NCBI GenBank assembly: GCA_951406725.2
Contig: OX597836.1
Coordinates: 20,026,001-20,090,000 of the forward strand
Direction: 5' to 3'
From: Octopus vulgaris
Taxonomy: Eukaryota
Length of the DNA: 64,000 nucleotides
Under the pieces are notes generated by a model, which was not told where the DNA came from, searched no databases, and saw only the letters and a program-made list of their open reading frames with translations. Below, one piece after another: positions 25,921 through 38,992 of this stretch (position 1 is the stretch's first letter; each line of letters begins with the position of its first letter). A program made the translations under genes and the position numbers.

Positions 25921-26371
25921 ACATACATACATATATATATATTCCTTCTTCCCTTCTTTCCTGAGCGTCCAATAATACTTTATTTGTTCCACATCCTTGC
26001 GTTGTTGTCTTTTTGTTTTCTTGTTTGGATTAACTTTATATATATATACACACACATACGTACGCATACCTACTTACGTACATCTATGCATGGGCATACA
26101 TATGCATATGTAAGTGCATGAATGTGTGAGCGTGCGTGTATGTCAACAATTTTTTAGATCGATGAAATCATTTTATTGTATATAACATGCGTGTGTGTGT
26201 GTGTGAAATTGATAGATTTTCCATTAAAAAAAAACTTAATTTCATTTAACTACTGTCGACTCCAGATCTCACTACAGTTTGCCTGCAGTTAAGCCGCCCC
26301 CGACTGTGACTCACTGCTATTCCGCTTCTTATCGTAGCCTTCTTTTCCTCGTGTCTTGGGAGCAAAGCCTT

Positions 26372-26513
26372 GAGGTCGATTTTGCCTTTCATCCTTTCGG
26401 GGTCGATAAATTAAGTACCAGTTACGCACTGGGGTCGATGTAATCGACTTAATACCTATGTCTGTCCTTGTTTGTCCCCTCTATGTTTAGCCCCTTGTGG
26501 GTAATAAAGAAAT
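26372..26513 (+). mobile_element. SINE family B, 5'-truncated
   Basis: Core GCCTTTCATCCTTTCGGGGTCGATAAATTAAGTACCAG and GCCCCTTGTGGGTAATAAAGAAATA tail. Confidence 0.85.
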
Positions 26514-28292
26514 AGTTATATGCCGGCATTAGCATCTTACACTGCCACGCTCTCCCACTTCGTCTCTAGTTTTACTATTTTTTCCCAACAGCGTATAGCG
26601 TGACCGATAGGTACACCTTAAGCATTTTATCATATTAAAACAGTGGCTCCCAATCTGGTGATCTGTGAACACGTTAAGTTGACAGACCTTTCAATATCCT
26701 GGAGCCCGTGGGAAAACTCATTTAAATAAAAGGGGTCCTTGGTAGTGAGAAGGTTGGGAACTGTTAGAAGATGCTATGCTTGGGCAGTTCAAAAGGGTTA
26801 AATAAATTTATGCAATATTCAGGATTGCCTCCCTTATATTGTTTAGCTTAAGAGTTACTTCCCTTTAGCCACAAATGCTTTCAGCTTTTGCGTGTGTGTA
26901 ATTGGTTTATTTTATTAGCGAAGTGTTTGGTCAGTTCGAGTCTTTAGCAAATGACACTTAAAGTGCCGCGCAGTGGGACCTAGCCCAAGACCACATGGTT
27001 GGGAAGCAAACATCCTACTGCACATCCACGCCTACGCCAATACTTTCTCATGGAAATTTAAATGTGTGGGATATATTTCTATTTCTTATGAACTGAGTTC
27101 AATTGTCGCCAATCATTCAAGTGGCAATAAAATACCAGTATAAGGTGGTGGGTTGGCAGAATAGAGACAGTTTGGTTGAGAGGTAAGAAGTGTGATTCCG
27201 AACCACAGAGTTTCGGTTTCAATCTCATTGTGTGCACCTTCAGCAAGTGTTTCATACCATAACCCTGGGGCAACCAAACTCTTTTGAGTGGATTTGGAAG
27301 ACGGAAACTGAAAGAAACCTGTCATGTGTGTGCGTGTGTATGCGTTAACCGCTTGACAACCGGTCCTGGTTTGTTTATGTCCCCGTAAATTTGAATAAGT
27401 ACTAGGCTTATAAAGAATAAGTCCTGGGATCAATTTGTTTGACTAAAAGCTGTGATCCTGCATGGCCGCAGTCAAATGACTGAAAAGAATAAAAGAATAC
27501 GTGTGTGTGTGTGTGTGTGTGTGTGACCCCACCACTGCTTGACAACTGGTGTTGGCGTGTTTACATCTAACTTAGCGGTTCAGTAAAAGAGACCGATAGA
27601 ATAAATCATTAAAAAAAAGTATCAATACTGGGATCGATTCATCCGACTAAAAGTTCCTCAAGGAACTGAGTACAATCACAAAATCGAAGTCAGCAAAAAG
27701 TGTGTTGATCAGTGTAATTGAAATTTTGCCCTTTCTTTGGCCTTTTTTTTTTTCCCCCATCCCAAAAATGACTTTTACTTAAGTATAATAAGATGTCCCG
27801 TGCTGGATTGTCTGCGCCCTGAATTTATCTAGTACTGAATTGTCACGTCAGGGCTTCGTCGACCCTAGTATTCAGTCAGTTTCTATTTTATCGATCCTGA
27901 AAGGATGAAAGGTAAAGTCAACCTCGACGGAAATTACTCAGACCGTAAAGGCGGACGAAATGCCAATAAACATTTTGCTCGGCATGCTTATTCTATATAT
28001 TGAAATTACACGAGCTGCATACATTTGCAACTGGGAGGGGAGATAAGCAGTGTTATTTACTTACACTATACATCAGAAATACAGAAAACAGTCACCTCCC
28101 TTGTGGTGCACAACACATACTGGTCAATTATTCACAAGAGAAACTGAACTGAACCTATTATACTACGAAATACTACGAAACAATACGCAAACTGCTACGT
28201 GGTCATTCAATTTGTGAGATGAGGCAGCTAAAACATCGTCAAATTAGACCCGCTATAGTAGAAAAAAAATGAAGGGCACTTTCCATGAGGGA

Positions 28293-28559
28293 CAATGTAA
28301 ATAAACCCAATCTGTTTCTTAAACGAGGGACATATTCATACAGCACAGAATGTTTTCACCTCAGTAGACGTCATTGATTGGTTGAAATTGCAGAATTTGA
28401 AGGAAAACACAACAGATATCTTACAAACTATAGAATTTTCTCAATAAAGCCAAGAGAAAAAGATGTTTTATAAACACATTCTACCAGTATACGAAGTTTA
28501 AAAGTGTTTAGTTACGTAGAATTTATTTTAAAAAACTGCCGGTTAAACCGAAAAGATCC
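28293..28559. mobile_element. MITE fragment, right end (same family as 38993-39280)
   Basis: Shared internal AATGTAAATAAACCCAATCTGTTTCTTAAACGAGGGAC; end AAAAACTGCCGGTTAAACCGAAAAGATCC is the inverse of the left end GGATCTTTTCGGTTTGAACGGCAGTTTTT at 38994. Confidence 0.7.
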
Positions 28560-28599
28560 TTCTCTCCTTTTCAACGTGGACTAAATCCCTGTTGGAACT

Positions 28600-29320
28600 A
28601 ATCCAATCCACACCTCTACAAATGCGGAAGGTGCTTGGATTGTTAGTCAAAGGAGAAATAATATGAGAGAGAATGTGAGACAACAGCCAAAACATTTTCG
28701 ATTTTATTTTTGCTCAAAGTGATCGATATCTAAGATTGCGCCTACTTTCTGTGAGTGCCAGATTTTCTTGAGATTGGGTTGACGAGGTTCTGCTTGTATC
28801 AAACATCGATGGGTTACTTAGCCAGGATGAGCTCCACAGGCGGCGAGCTGGCAGAAACGTTAGCACGCCGGGCGAAATGCGTAGCCGTATTTCGTCTACC
28901 GTTACGTTCTGAGTTCAAATTCAGCCGAGGTCGACTTTGCCTTTCATCCTTTCGGGGTCGATAAATTAAGTACCAGTTACGCACTGTGGTCGATATAATT
29001 GACTTAATCCGTTTGTCTGCCCTTGTTTGTCCTCTCTGTGTTTAGCCCCTTGTGGGTAGTAAATAAATAGGATGAGCTCCACATCTCCATCGTCCTCAGA
29101 GTCGGAGTGGGGCAAATGAAGTGTCTTTATGGTATGTCCCTGGATTTCAGAGATCTTCAGAGAATGTCCTGTCGAATGAATACAGGCCGCTTTGATCGCC
29201 ACAACGAGATAAAACTAACCATTAAACGAACCCTGTTCAGGGTTATCATGTCTGTGGGATTATCTAGAGACGATGAGAAGAGATCCAACGGATTGGCTCT
29301 TAACCCATATCGGCCGTCAC
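28600..29320 (+). pseudogene. Decayed CRE-clade non-LTR retrotransposon (restriction-like endonuclease region)
   Basis: GAW (about 28630), LHISIVLRVG across the SINE insertion, and GRFDRHNEIKLTIKRTL..VGLSRDDEKRSNGLALNPY resembling the CRE motif GR..RH..N..I.RAL..EP.GL.R.DGKRPDG.T..PW. Confidence 0.6.
28839..29068 (+). mobile_element. SINE family B, full length, 15-bp TSD
   Basis: TSD AGGATGAGCTCCACA at 28824-28838 and 29069-29083. Confidence 0.95.
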
Positions 29321-30668
29321 CATAAGACACTTTTTTTTTATTCTATCACACGTGGTAGAAGGGGTTACTACATCGGTAGCTGAACGAAATATCGTAATCA
29401 AATCTTCTGTTGTTGAGACGTTCTAGAGAGCTGAATCATTGATAAGGAAGTTTTTGACTTCGTTAGTGTACCGTCTCATCGAAGTATTAGATTATGCTCG
29501 GGAGGGTGTTAGGTTGTTCCGCCATCTCACCTTCCCTTGTAGTAATACTGTGTGCATTTTTTTTTTTTTTTTAATTTTGAGGTGGGGTCTCAAACATTTT
29601 GTTGAAAAGGACACCAGTATAAATGAATAGAGTGTATATGCAGAATATTTCGCTCTAGACGTGCTAGGCGGTCGCCAGTGACGCTAAAATCGCAGGGAGT
29701 GGCATAAACTCTCAAATCTCAAAATCTCTCAAATCCAATCAAAAACATGTAAAACTTAGCAATAAAATGAAAAGATGATGTCACTTTGGGAACAAATAAG
29801 GTTGAAGAACGTGGATGGGTGAAGAGAAAAGGGATAGGCTCAATCAGTGTTAAGACCTGCCGCATGATATTCTTTATACTGCGGCCATGCAGGAGCATCG
29901 CTTTGAAGGGTTTTAGTCGAACAAATCGACCCCAGGACTTATTTTTTAAAGTCTGGCAATTATTCTACCGGTCTCTTTTGCCGAACTGCTAAGTTATAAA
30001 CACTAAGAAATAAACACACCAGCCTGCACCGATTGTCAAGAGGTGGGGTGGGGACAAACACAAAGACATACGTGGAGTGGGGGACAGATTTTGTCCCCAC
30101 TACAAACGCTGTTGGTTTGTTTATGTCCCCGTAACTTTCTGGTTCGGCAAAAGAGACCGATACAATAAGTATTAAACATAAAAGTACTAGGGTCAATTCG
30201 TTCGACAAAAAACCCTTCAAGGCAGTACCTCAGCATGACCTCCATTCTTCCGTTTGCGCCTTAAACTGCGTCTTTATACACCCACAACACTCCTATATCC
30301 GCTATACAAACAGCTGTTCACACCCAACAATGCTTATCAGTTTAACTTTTCTTTAACATTAAATACACACCCACGTTGCCACAGTGGTCACTGACACACA
30401 GTCAAAATCCTTTCCACTTGGTTTATCTTTTATCTCCTCGCCTCCTGACGTATATTGTCCGACTTTTTCTTTTTTTATATATATATTTCCTATTAGAATT
30501 ATTAGTAGAATTCTGGTTTAAACACACCATGTAACCCTTCATAACATTTTTTATTTGGAATTTTCAAAAAAAATGTTTGCGAATTTATGTTCTACACGCA
30601 GAAATTCATACGATGTCTTGCAAACAACTTGCACATGCAAGTGCTACCAGTCAAAAGCTCCGTATATA

Positions 30669-30961
30669 ATGAAAGGCAAAGTCGACCTCGGCGGAATTTG
30701 AACTCAGAACGTAACGGCAGACGAAATACCTATTTCTTTATTACCCACAAGGGGCTACACATAGAGAGGACAAACAAGGACAGACAAACGGATTAAGTCG
30801 ATTATATCGACCCCAGTGCGTAACTGGTACTTATTTAATCGACCCCGAAAGGATGAAAGGCAAAGTCGACCTCGGCGGAATTTGAACTCGCAACGATACG
30901 GCTATCGAAATACGGCTACGCATTTCGCCCGGCGTGCTAACGTTTCTGCCAGCTCGCCGCC
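30669..30961 (-). mobile_element. SINE family B tandem (full copy joined to a head-truncated copy)
   Basis: Junction GACGAAATACC|TATTTCTTTATTACCCACAAGGGG at about 30731. Confidence 0.85.
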
Positions 30962-31709
30962 TTTAAGAACATTAAGCCAGATACTTTGCACTATTCATCC
31001 CGGTTAATATTCATTATTGCTGGAAAACGTCACATTTTCTCTAAAGACAGGTTTATCTCATTCACTCCCGCTTTATTGCTATACAAATAGGTCGCACATA
31101 TAATACACTTCAACCGACAAGAGTTTGTCACCAATCTTAAGTCAGAAATATCAGGGGGTGTTTTTTCTAGGTCGTCTGCAAAAGTAAACGAAAATAGCCT
31201 TGATGTGGAAGATTTATTACTAAAAGAAATTCAACTCAAAATATGAAGATTTCGATATCACAAAATACTAAGACGGCAAGCTGGCAGAAACGTTAGCTGA
31301 CCAAGCAAAATGCTTCGCGGCATTTCGACCGTGTTCATGTTCTGGGTTCAGATGCTACCGTGGTCGACTATTCCTTTCATCTTTTCGGGGTCGATAAATT
31401 AAGTACCAGTTGAGCCCTGGTGGTCGATGTAATCGACTTGCCCCCTCCCTGAAATTGCTAGCCTTGTGCCAAAATATGAAACGAGTATTGCAAAATATTT
31501 TTATGGCAATAGATGGTTAGTTGGTCAGACAAACGATTAACGGCATTTCTTACGACTCTTTATATTCTGAGTTAAATTTCCGTCGGGTTCGACTATGTCT
31601 TTCGCCCTTTCGTGATCGGTAAAATAAGCACAAATACTGGGGGTCGATGTAATCGACTCGGTCCCTTTCCCTCGTACGTAATTGCTGTCTTTGAGTCAAA
31701 ATTTGAAAT

Positions 31710-32085
31710 TGCTAAGCAACCACATGGTTCCGGGTTCAGTCCCACTGCGTGGCATCTTGGGCAAGTGTCTTCTGCTATAGCCTCGGGCCGACCAATGCCT
31801 TGTGAGTGGATTTGGTAGACGGAAACTGAAAGAAGCCTGTCGTATATATGTATATATATATATGTATGTGTGTGTGTGTGTTTGTCTCCCTACCATTGCT
31901 TGACAACCGATGCTGGTGTGTTTACGTCCCCGTAACTTAGCGGTTCGGCAAAAGAGACCGATAGAATAAGTACTGGGCTTACAAAAGAATAAGTCTCGGG
32001 GTCGATTTGCTCGACTAAAGGCGGTGCTCCAGCATGGCCGCAGTCAAATGACTGAAACAAGTAAAAGAGTAAAAGAGTAAAGAGT
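31710..32085 (+). mobile_element. SINE family A, slightly 5'-truncated
   Basis: B box, CORE-like motif, GTAAAAGA tail repeats. Confidence 0.9.
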
Positions 32086-33146
32086 ATACAATATCTTAAG
32101 GGCAATAAATGGCAGAATCAGTAAAAAGCTTGATAAATGCTTTGTAATGGTAGATCAAATCTCGCCAGAATTTCTGTTTGTCTTTTACGTCATTCCAAAA
32201 TGGGTAAAATAAGCACGAGACAATAAGTCGATTACAATGGCTACACACATAGTAAAATGTGTGGGGGCTTTGTTCCAAATTTAGAAACCATTTTGATAGG
32301 ATAATTTAGTTTTAGTGAAGACAACGTCTAAACAGATGATGCTATTCGTAAGACAATACCCATTATATATAATTTATATATCAATTAAAACACTACAATT
32401 TTGTTTTGTGCGTATAATAACAACCTCATTTAACTACATCTAGACATTGTCAAAACAAATCGCATCAATATACCACTAAATTTCCATGAATAAGAACCTT
32501 AAAACACACCTTCGAAACAGGGTTTGTCTATTTAGTTAAATGCGAAAGACTTTAGTTCACTGAATGTCAGTAAGTTCATACACTTGGTGTGGGGAGTGGG
32601 AAAAGTTTATATTTCGATATGAAAGTACTGCAACATTATGAGTCAGATTGTGCCAACACTCGCGATAACCAAACTTTGGATTTGCTAATTCCATTGTGAG
32701 CCTCGAAGACTCTCGCAAGTTTCCTAGGGTTTTAGATCCCAGTCAATTATTATTATTTATTTTTTTTTTTTTGCCGAACCACCAAGTTGTCAAGTGGTGT
32801 TGTGGGACAAACAGACACAAAGACACAGACAGACAAATAGACATGGTCGGTCTATGAGATTATCCTGGGATCCCCGTCCATAAAGCGCTTAGCTTTACAA
32901 ATTTTCTTCAGACCCTACGCCTATGACCTCTCTAGAAAATGGAGAAAAATATCTTGTTACTCTATGTCAACGATCCTGTTATCGTGTGGATCCCGGACGC
33001 CAACAGGAATTTCCTGAAGTGCAAGCAGGGTTCGAAGACTTCCGTCATTGGAGTTAAGGATGTTCCTCGGGTCGAGGGAGTCCTTTAAGATAGGGTAGGG
33101 ATCTTAGCTAAAAGGAAAAGATCCCTCCCTTGTCTAAGGCAGGCAG

Positions 33147-33534
33147 GAGGAAGCACTCCGTCGGTTACGACGACGAGGGTTCCGGTTGATCCGAATCAAC
33201 GGAACAGCCTGCTCGTGAAATTAACGTGTAAGTGGCTGAGCACTCCACAGACACGTGTACCCTTAACGTAGTTCTCGGGAATATACTCAGCGTGACACAG
33301 AGAGTGACAAGGCCGGCCCTTTGAAATACAGGTACAACAGAAACAGGAAGTTAGAGTGAGAGAAAGTTGTGGTGAAAGAGTACAGCAGGGATCACCACCA
33401 TCCCCTGCCGGAGCATCGTGGAGCTTTAGGTGTTTTCGCTCAATAAACACTCACAACGCCCGGTCTGGGAATCGAAACCGCGATCCTATGACCGCGAGTC
33501 CGCTGCTTTAACCACTGGGCCATTGCGCAGCCAA
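33147..33534 (-). mobile_element. SINE family C, full length, 11-bp TSD
   Basis: TSD AAGGCAGGCAG at 33136-33146 and 33535-33545; 3' hairpin CGTCG-TAAC-CGACG. Confidence 0.92.
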
Positions 33535-34561
33535 AAGGCAGGCAGTAGCGTAAACGTGACGTCGGTGTGATTTAAATAGGTTAGCGGGAGCGATGACATA
33601 GAAAAATGGCGTCGTAGCACATACCAAACAACTGTTAACTACTTTCTCTTATATTACACGGAATATTTCATTAGTTCTAATATATGTAATTATATTTTAC
33701 ATTCATTAGTTTCATGTTTCAGTAACAATGCCATTATGTATGAACCTTACAACAAGTGATATAAGTGTGACGTGATGGAGCTACATGGGATCATCCAGTG
33801 TCAAGCGGTTATGACGTCAGAGTTTGACTTGGTTTTTCGGATGTCAGCGGCCACCAATACATCACAGAAGATTGAACAGACAGTTCAAAAACGCGGGTTG
33901 TTGATCAAATAAAATGTCTCCAGAAAGTTTTTCCAAAGCCATGCGATTAACAAAAAAAAAGAAAAGATTCGACTTTCTTCACACAAGGGAACTGAAGAGT
34001 TTAAAAAATTGTTGAAAATTAGCTAATTTTGAAAAATGTGCTCCGAGAAAGCAATCGTTCCTCTTTTAACTACACCAGTTAAAGTAGGAATTCCAAACCA
34101 TTTTGAGCTTTTAGACGTTGGTTAGTGCGTTTTTTACAAATTAATTACCACAAAGGAAAAAAATTATCGTCTTGACCAGAAATTTTGAAATTTGAGCTAA
34201 ATTTGGCAAAGCTTGCTTCCCAACAACATGGTTGTGGGTTCAGTCCCACTGCGTGACACTTTGGGCAAGTATCTTCTACTATAGCCTCGGGCCGACTAGA
34301 GCTTTGTAAGTGGAAAGCCTGTCGTATATGTATGTGTCCACCACCATTTGACAACCGAACGTAGTGGTTCGGCAAGACACCGCTAGAATAAGTACCAGGC
34401 TTTAAAAAAATAAAAGTACTAGGGTCGATTCGACTAAAAATTCTTCGAAGCTATGCCCCAGCATGGCCGCATGAAAGATATTTGTAGAAAATTTCATTAA
34501 AAAATATCTATTAAATATCTACCTTTCTTAAAGTTGGGAGGAAACAAAGTTGGGACATACG

Positions 34562-35144
34562 CAGAGCTGGTTACTAGGAATTGCGGGGCACAAATAGGGA
34601 ATTGTCAGTGGGGCCCCTCTACAAAAGTTGAAGATTGATGTTTCATATTTCTTGCAACACCTCAGTTCCAGCCAGAAAGCGCTGATGGCTTAAGCTCCAC
34701 CAATTAGTCACAATGATATACTAAAAAGTGAACGCTCATATGAAAGTTTTAATGTTCTGTTACAAGTAGAGATAATTACTGACATACTATTTGTGAATAG
34801 GACTTCTCGAAACAAACTTTTCTTACTTTCTCTCATCTGAGAAGTCTTTCAAAATTATTTCAAAGGAAATGGTTTTTGTAATGTCATTTTCTGCAGATAG
34901 CATCGCCAAATTATTTAGTCTCTCTTGCGAAATTGTTAACGAAGGTATGTTTTAATCAGTTTTAGTTTTGAATCACCTCAAGCGACTGTTACGGGTATTG
35001 CTGAGTAAGTCCTAAAATCAATAAAAACATTTGGAAATGTTTAATACAACATAGCGTCCTCCGCTAGAATGTGCGCTCGGGGCCCCCTTTTTGTATGGGG
35101 ACAAATTTGAACAAATTTGTTTAATTAGCTTAAAACCGGCCCCG
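34562..35144 (-). mobile_element. Internally deleted hAT transposon with transposase C-terminal dimerisation-domain remnant
   Basis: Minus strand 35040-34885 reads FPNVF..IPVTVA..SKLKLIKTYLR..ISQERLNNLAMLS; degenerate termini CAGAGCTGG / CCGGCCCCG. Confidence 0.75.
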
Positions 35145-35514
35145 AGTATACACAATTATGTTGGTACACCTTTCACCCTTCTTACCCTATCGGTTGTAAA
35201 CATTTCCCCTTTCAAAACAAAAGTCGAATTAAATCGTAAAAGTAATTTTTGATATAACTCACCAGTTGGTGAACTCCATCGATTTAAATTTTCCAAGGAA
35301 TTTCTTTCGCATCTGAAAACTATAGACATTTTTTGCTTCGTTTTACAAATTCAAAAGTCTCGATAGTAAAAATAATTCGACAAAAATTCTTTCTAAGAAC
35401 TCGATTATTTCTGTTGCTTTTAATTTATAACAATAGTTTTACAGTTTTATGCAAATTATTTGTTTAATGGTTTTGCCCGGATGGAATAAAAAAACGTGAA
35501 GAGCGAAGAAGTAG

Positions 35515-36305
35515 CTATGTAGTCATAAGTTTGCTTCCCAACAACATGGTCCCGGGTTCAGTCCCACTGCGTAGCACCTTGGGCAAGTATCGTCTGCTAT
35601 AACCTCGGGCTAAAAATAAAGGCTTTGTAAGTGGTGGATGTGGTAGGCAGAAACTGAAAGAAGCCTGTTGTATGTATGTTGTGCGCCCGCCTTGTGTGTA
35701 TGTTGTCCCTATGATCGCTTGACAACCGGTATTGGTGTGTTTACGTCTCCGTAACTTAGCGGTTCAGCCAAAGTTACTGATAGAATAAGTACCAGGCTTT
35801 ACAAAAAATAATGGCAATCTTTCGTCTCTAGTAGACCTTTCCGTCGATTTCCGTAAAAATTTTTTTTTTTACATATGGGCTTGCGGGAACTTTTGAAGTA
35901 ATGAGAGCGAAAGAGACTAAGAGAAAGCGATTGTATGACGAGGGAAGTTCTTTTGAAGTTACCGTGCATGGAAAGCATTGATGTACATGTGTGTGTGTTT
36001 GATGGGGTGTGTGAGACAGACAGTATGTTGTGTAAGTGAAGTGCTTCTGTTAGTATGTGTGAAGAGACAGAGAGAGTAATGTGTGAAAGAAAGAGATAAC
36101 TGAAAATTTTTTACTCGGTGTATGTGTATATGTATGTATATTACTTCAAAAGTTCCCGCAAGCCCATATGTAAAAAAAAAAAATTTTTTTACGGAAATCG
36201 ACGGAAAGGTCTACTAGAGACGAAAGATCGCCAAAATAATAAGTACTGGGATCGAATCGTTCGACTAAAATTCTTCGAGGCGGTGCCTCAGCATGGCAAC
36301 AGCTG
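35515..36305 (+). mobile_element. SINE family A split by a MITE
   Basis: Head and body 35515-35812; tail resumes at 36233 (AAGTACTGGGATCG..CAGCATGGC). Confidence 0.8.
35813..36232. mobile_element. MITE with about 90-bp TIRs and 8-bp TSD (Merlin-like GG...CC ends)
   Basis: GGCAATCTTTCGTCTCTAGTAGACC...GAAGTAAT inverted at 36139-36232; TSD AAAATAAT at 35805-35812 and 36233-36240. Confidence 0.9.
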
Positions 36306-36689
36306 AACCTCTTTCAAATCACTTTTTTTTTTTATTTAAAAAAAAAATCAGAAAGGAGACGTTAAAGTTTCTTTTTTTTTTGTTGTTTTTCAGAAATCCA
36401 GACAGGAGGATGATGATTGGATCGTCTGATCATAGTTCTAATCAATTATGAATGACCGGCAGCTCAACAACAGCACAGAGACGAAAATGAGGGGACCGTT
36501 ATCTTAATATCTTATTTTAAAAAGTAAGGGTGGCAAGAGACAGTAGATAAAGCAGACCTAGATACTTCTAAATAGACAGGAGCGTCACGGCTAGAATGCC
36601 CATTATCATATGATCTGTCTCTGTTCGTTCAGGGTTAACCAAGTGGTGGAGGTGGAGACTAAATAATGATAACAAAGTTATCAACCACC

Positions 36690-36985
36690 TCACCAACAAC
36701 AACACTGAACACCTTTTCGATCTCCATGTGTCTAACACATGTGGACATGCCTACAAAGTCAGAAAACAACACAGCTCCCATGACTTTCGGAAACATTTTT
36801 TCACGCTCAGAGTTGCTGAAGCATGGAATAAACTGCCTGCGTCAGTTGTTGACTGCCATGACACTGCATCCTTTAAGGCCCTCATGCTTTCCGAAATCCG
36901 CCGAAACTACACCTGATTATATATGCACTTTAGATGAGTTGTAGTGCACCTGAGCACTGTACACATTCTTCTTATTATTATTATA
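36690..36985 (+). pseudogene. CR1/L2-group LINE 3' end (ORF2 C-terminus, 3' UTR, (TTA)n tail)
   Basis: TCGHAYKV..RKHFFTLRVAEAWNKLPASVV..SFK matches the TRGH..K..FF..RV...WN.LP..VV motif. Confidence 0.85.
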
Positions 36986-37268
36986 TAACAACTACAAGAA
37001 ATCATGAGAAGTTGTACAAAATCCTATTTTCCAGAAGCCCAGATTCTTCTTTAACGTTCTTGATCCCAACACGCCCGAGGCCAATTTCTGGTTCTGATAC
37101 AAATTCCCCGTTTTAAAGTGATCTAAATTAAAACCCTCCATCAAAAATTCGTAATTTATATTCCAAACACCAGCTTAATGATAATAGTGACAAAATTATT
37201 TTATTAACGTTTTCTTAATTTTCCAAATCTATTGAAACAAAAGCAGTGTATTTCAACAGAAACATAGT

Positions 37269-37619
37269 GGTGGGAGCACTCCGTCGGTTACGACGATGAT
37301 GGTTCCGGTTGATCCGATCAACGGAACAGCCTGCTCGTGAAATTAACGTGTAAGTGGCTGAGCACTCCGCAGACACGTGTACCCTTAACGTAGTTCTCGG
37401 GGATATTCAGCGTGACACAGAGAGTGACAAGGCCGGCCCTTTGAAATACAGGTACAACACAAACAGGAAGTAAGAGTGAGAGAAAGTTGTGGTGAAAGAG
37501 TACAGCAGGGATCACCACCACCCCCTGCCGGAGCCTCGTGGAGCTTTAGGTGTTTTCTCTCAATAAACACTCACAACGCGAGTCCGCTGCCCTAACCACT
37601 GGGCCATTGCGCCTCCACT
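37269..37619 (-). mobile_element. SINE family C with B-box deletion, inserted in a piggyBac-type MITE
   Basis: TSD AGAAACATAGT at 37258-37268 and 37620-37630; segment containing GGAATCGAAACC absent relative to the 33147 copy. Confidence 0.88.
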
Positions 37620-38047
37620 AGAAACATAGTAACAAATGAGTTAAAGTAATCTAAATTAAAACATTTTTTTTTCATGTAAAGTTTCATGTTAATCCATGTT
37701 CCAAGAACCAGCTTAATAATGGCAAAGTTTCTGCAATATAATTCTTTAATATTTTCAAAATGACTTGTAACAAAAATAGTGTATTTCAACACAAGTATGA
37801 TAACAAAAGGGTTAAACATGTAAAAACGGTCAGACTTTGTTCGTTTCGAAGAAAAATTAGAAATAGAACATGATTTAGTCTTAGTCGAAATTTTATAAAA
37901 AGGGATTAATAAATAATTTGTAGACGCTGGCCTGGGTGTGTGGTTAGAAAGTTCACTTCGCAACCATGTGGTTTAGGTTCAATCCCACTCCGCGGAACTC
38001 AAGGCCTACAAAACCCTTGGAGTGGGCTAGATAAATGGAAACTGAGG

Positions 38048-38425
38048 AGACAAACAAGGACAGACAAAGTGATTAAGTCGATTACATCGACCCCAGTGCA
38101 TAACTGGTACTTATTTAATCGACCCCGAAAGGATGAAAGGCAAAGTCGACCCCGGCGGAATATGAACTCAGAACGTAGCGGCAGACGAAATACCTATTTC
38201 TTTACTACCCACAAGGGACTAAACACAGAGGGGACAAACAAGGACAGACAAGCGGATTAAATCGATTATATTGACCCCAGTGCGTAACTGGTACTTATTT
38301 AATCGACCCCGACAGGATGAAAGGCAAAGTCGACCTCGGCGGAATTTGAACTCAGAATGTAACGGCAGACAGAATACCGCTAAGCATTTCGCCCGGCGTG
38401 CTAACGTTTCTGCCAACTCGCCGCC
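38048..38425 (-). mobile_element. SINE family B tandem, same junction as 30669-30961
   Basis: GACGAAATACC|TATTTCTTTACTACCCACAAGGG at about 38195. Confidence 0.88.
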
Positions 38426-38868
38426 TTGGAAACTCTGCATATATTATGTGCGTCCAGAAGGATGAAATGTAAAGGTAACCTCGGCGGGATTTGAATTCAG
38501 AAGCCGGCGTAAAATACCACAAGTTATTTATTCCAGCTCTTTACCTCGTAATTTCTATTCTAAAATATGTACAGGTACAATATCAGGAAACTTTGGTTCC
38601 AGAGCCTTTCCGGATTTCTGATTTTTTCTTTTTCGAACCAGTGGTGAACACACTCTAAATTAAAGACATATTAAATTTACTTAGAAATGCATTAGTGTGA
38701 ATGATACATTAGTATAAATGATATAAGTTTACTATTGTGCTTTGCAAGGTACTAGTGAACTAATCTGGCGGCCACTGGAATCTGGTGATCTCGCTCGTAA
38801 GTTAGCGCGGACCATTAGAGGTTCCGAATCATCAGCGTCAATCAAGTCAATGTTGTATGTGTACTGGT

Positions 38869-38926
38869 AATTTCTTTATTACCCACAAGGGGCGAAATAC
38901 AGAGGGGGACAATACAGCATGACACA
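38869..38926 (-). mobile_element. 58-bp retroposed 3' tail with 21-bp TSD
   Basis: TSD CAATGTTGTATGTGTACTGGT at 38848-38868 and 38927-38947; insert ends GCCCCTTGTGGGTAATAAAGAAATT. Confidence 0.85.
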
Positions 38927-38992
38927 CAATGTTGTATGTGTACTGGTTTGTAAATGTATTAATTGAATTTCTCGGTGTAAAGAAATAATAAT

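Noticed and set aside
32850-33130. Possible RNase H remnant (IVWIPG-like)
   Set aside because: A single short frameshifted motif; insufficient
33775-33912. 45-codon ORF MELHGIIQCQ.. near promoter-like motifs
   Set aside because: No recognisable homology or splice support
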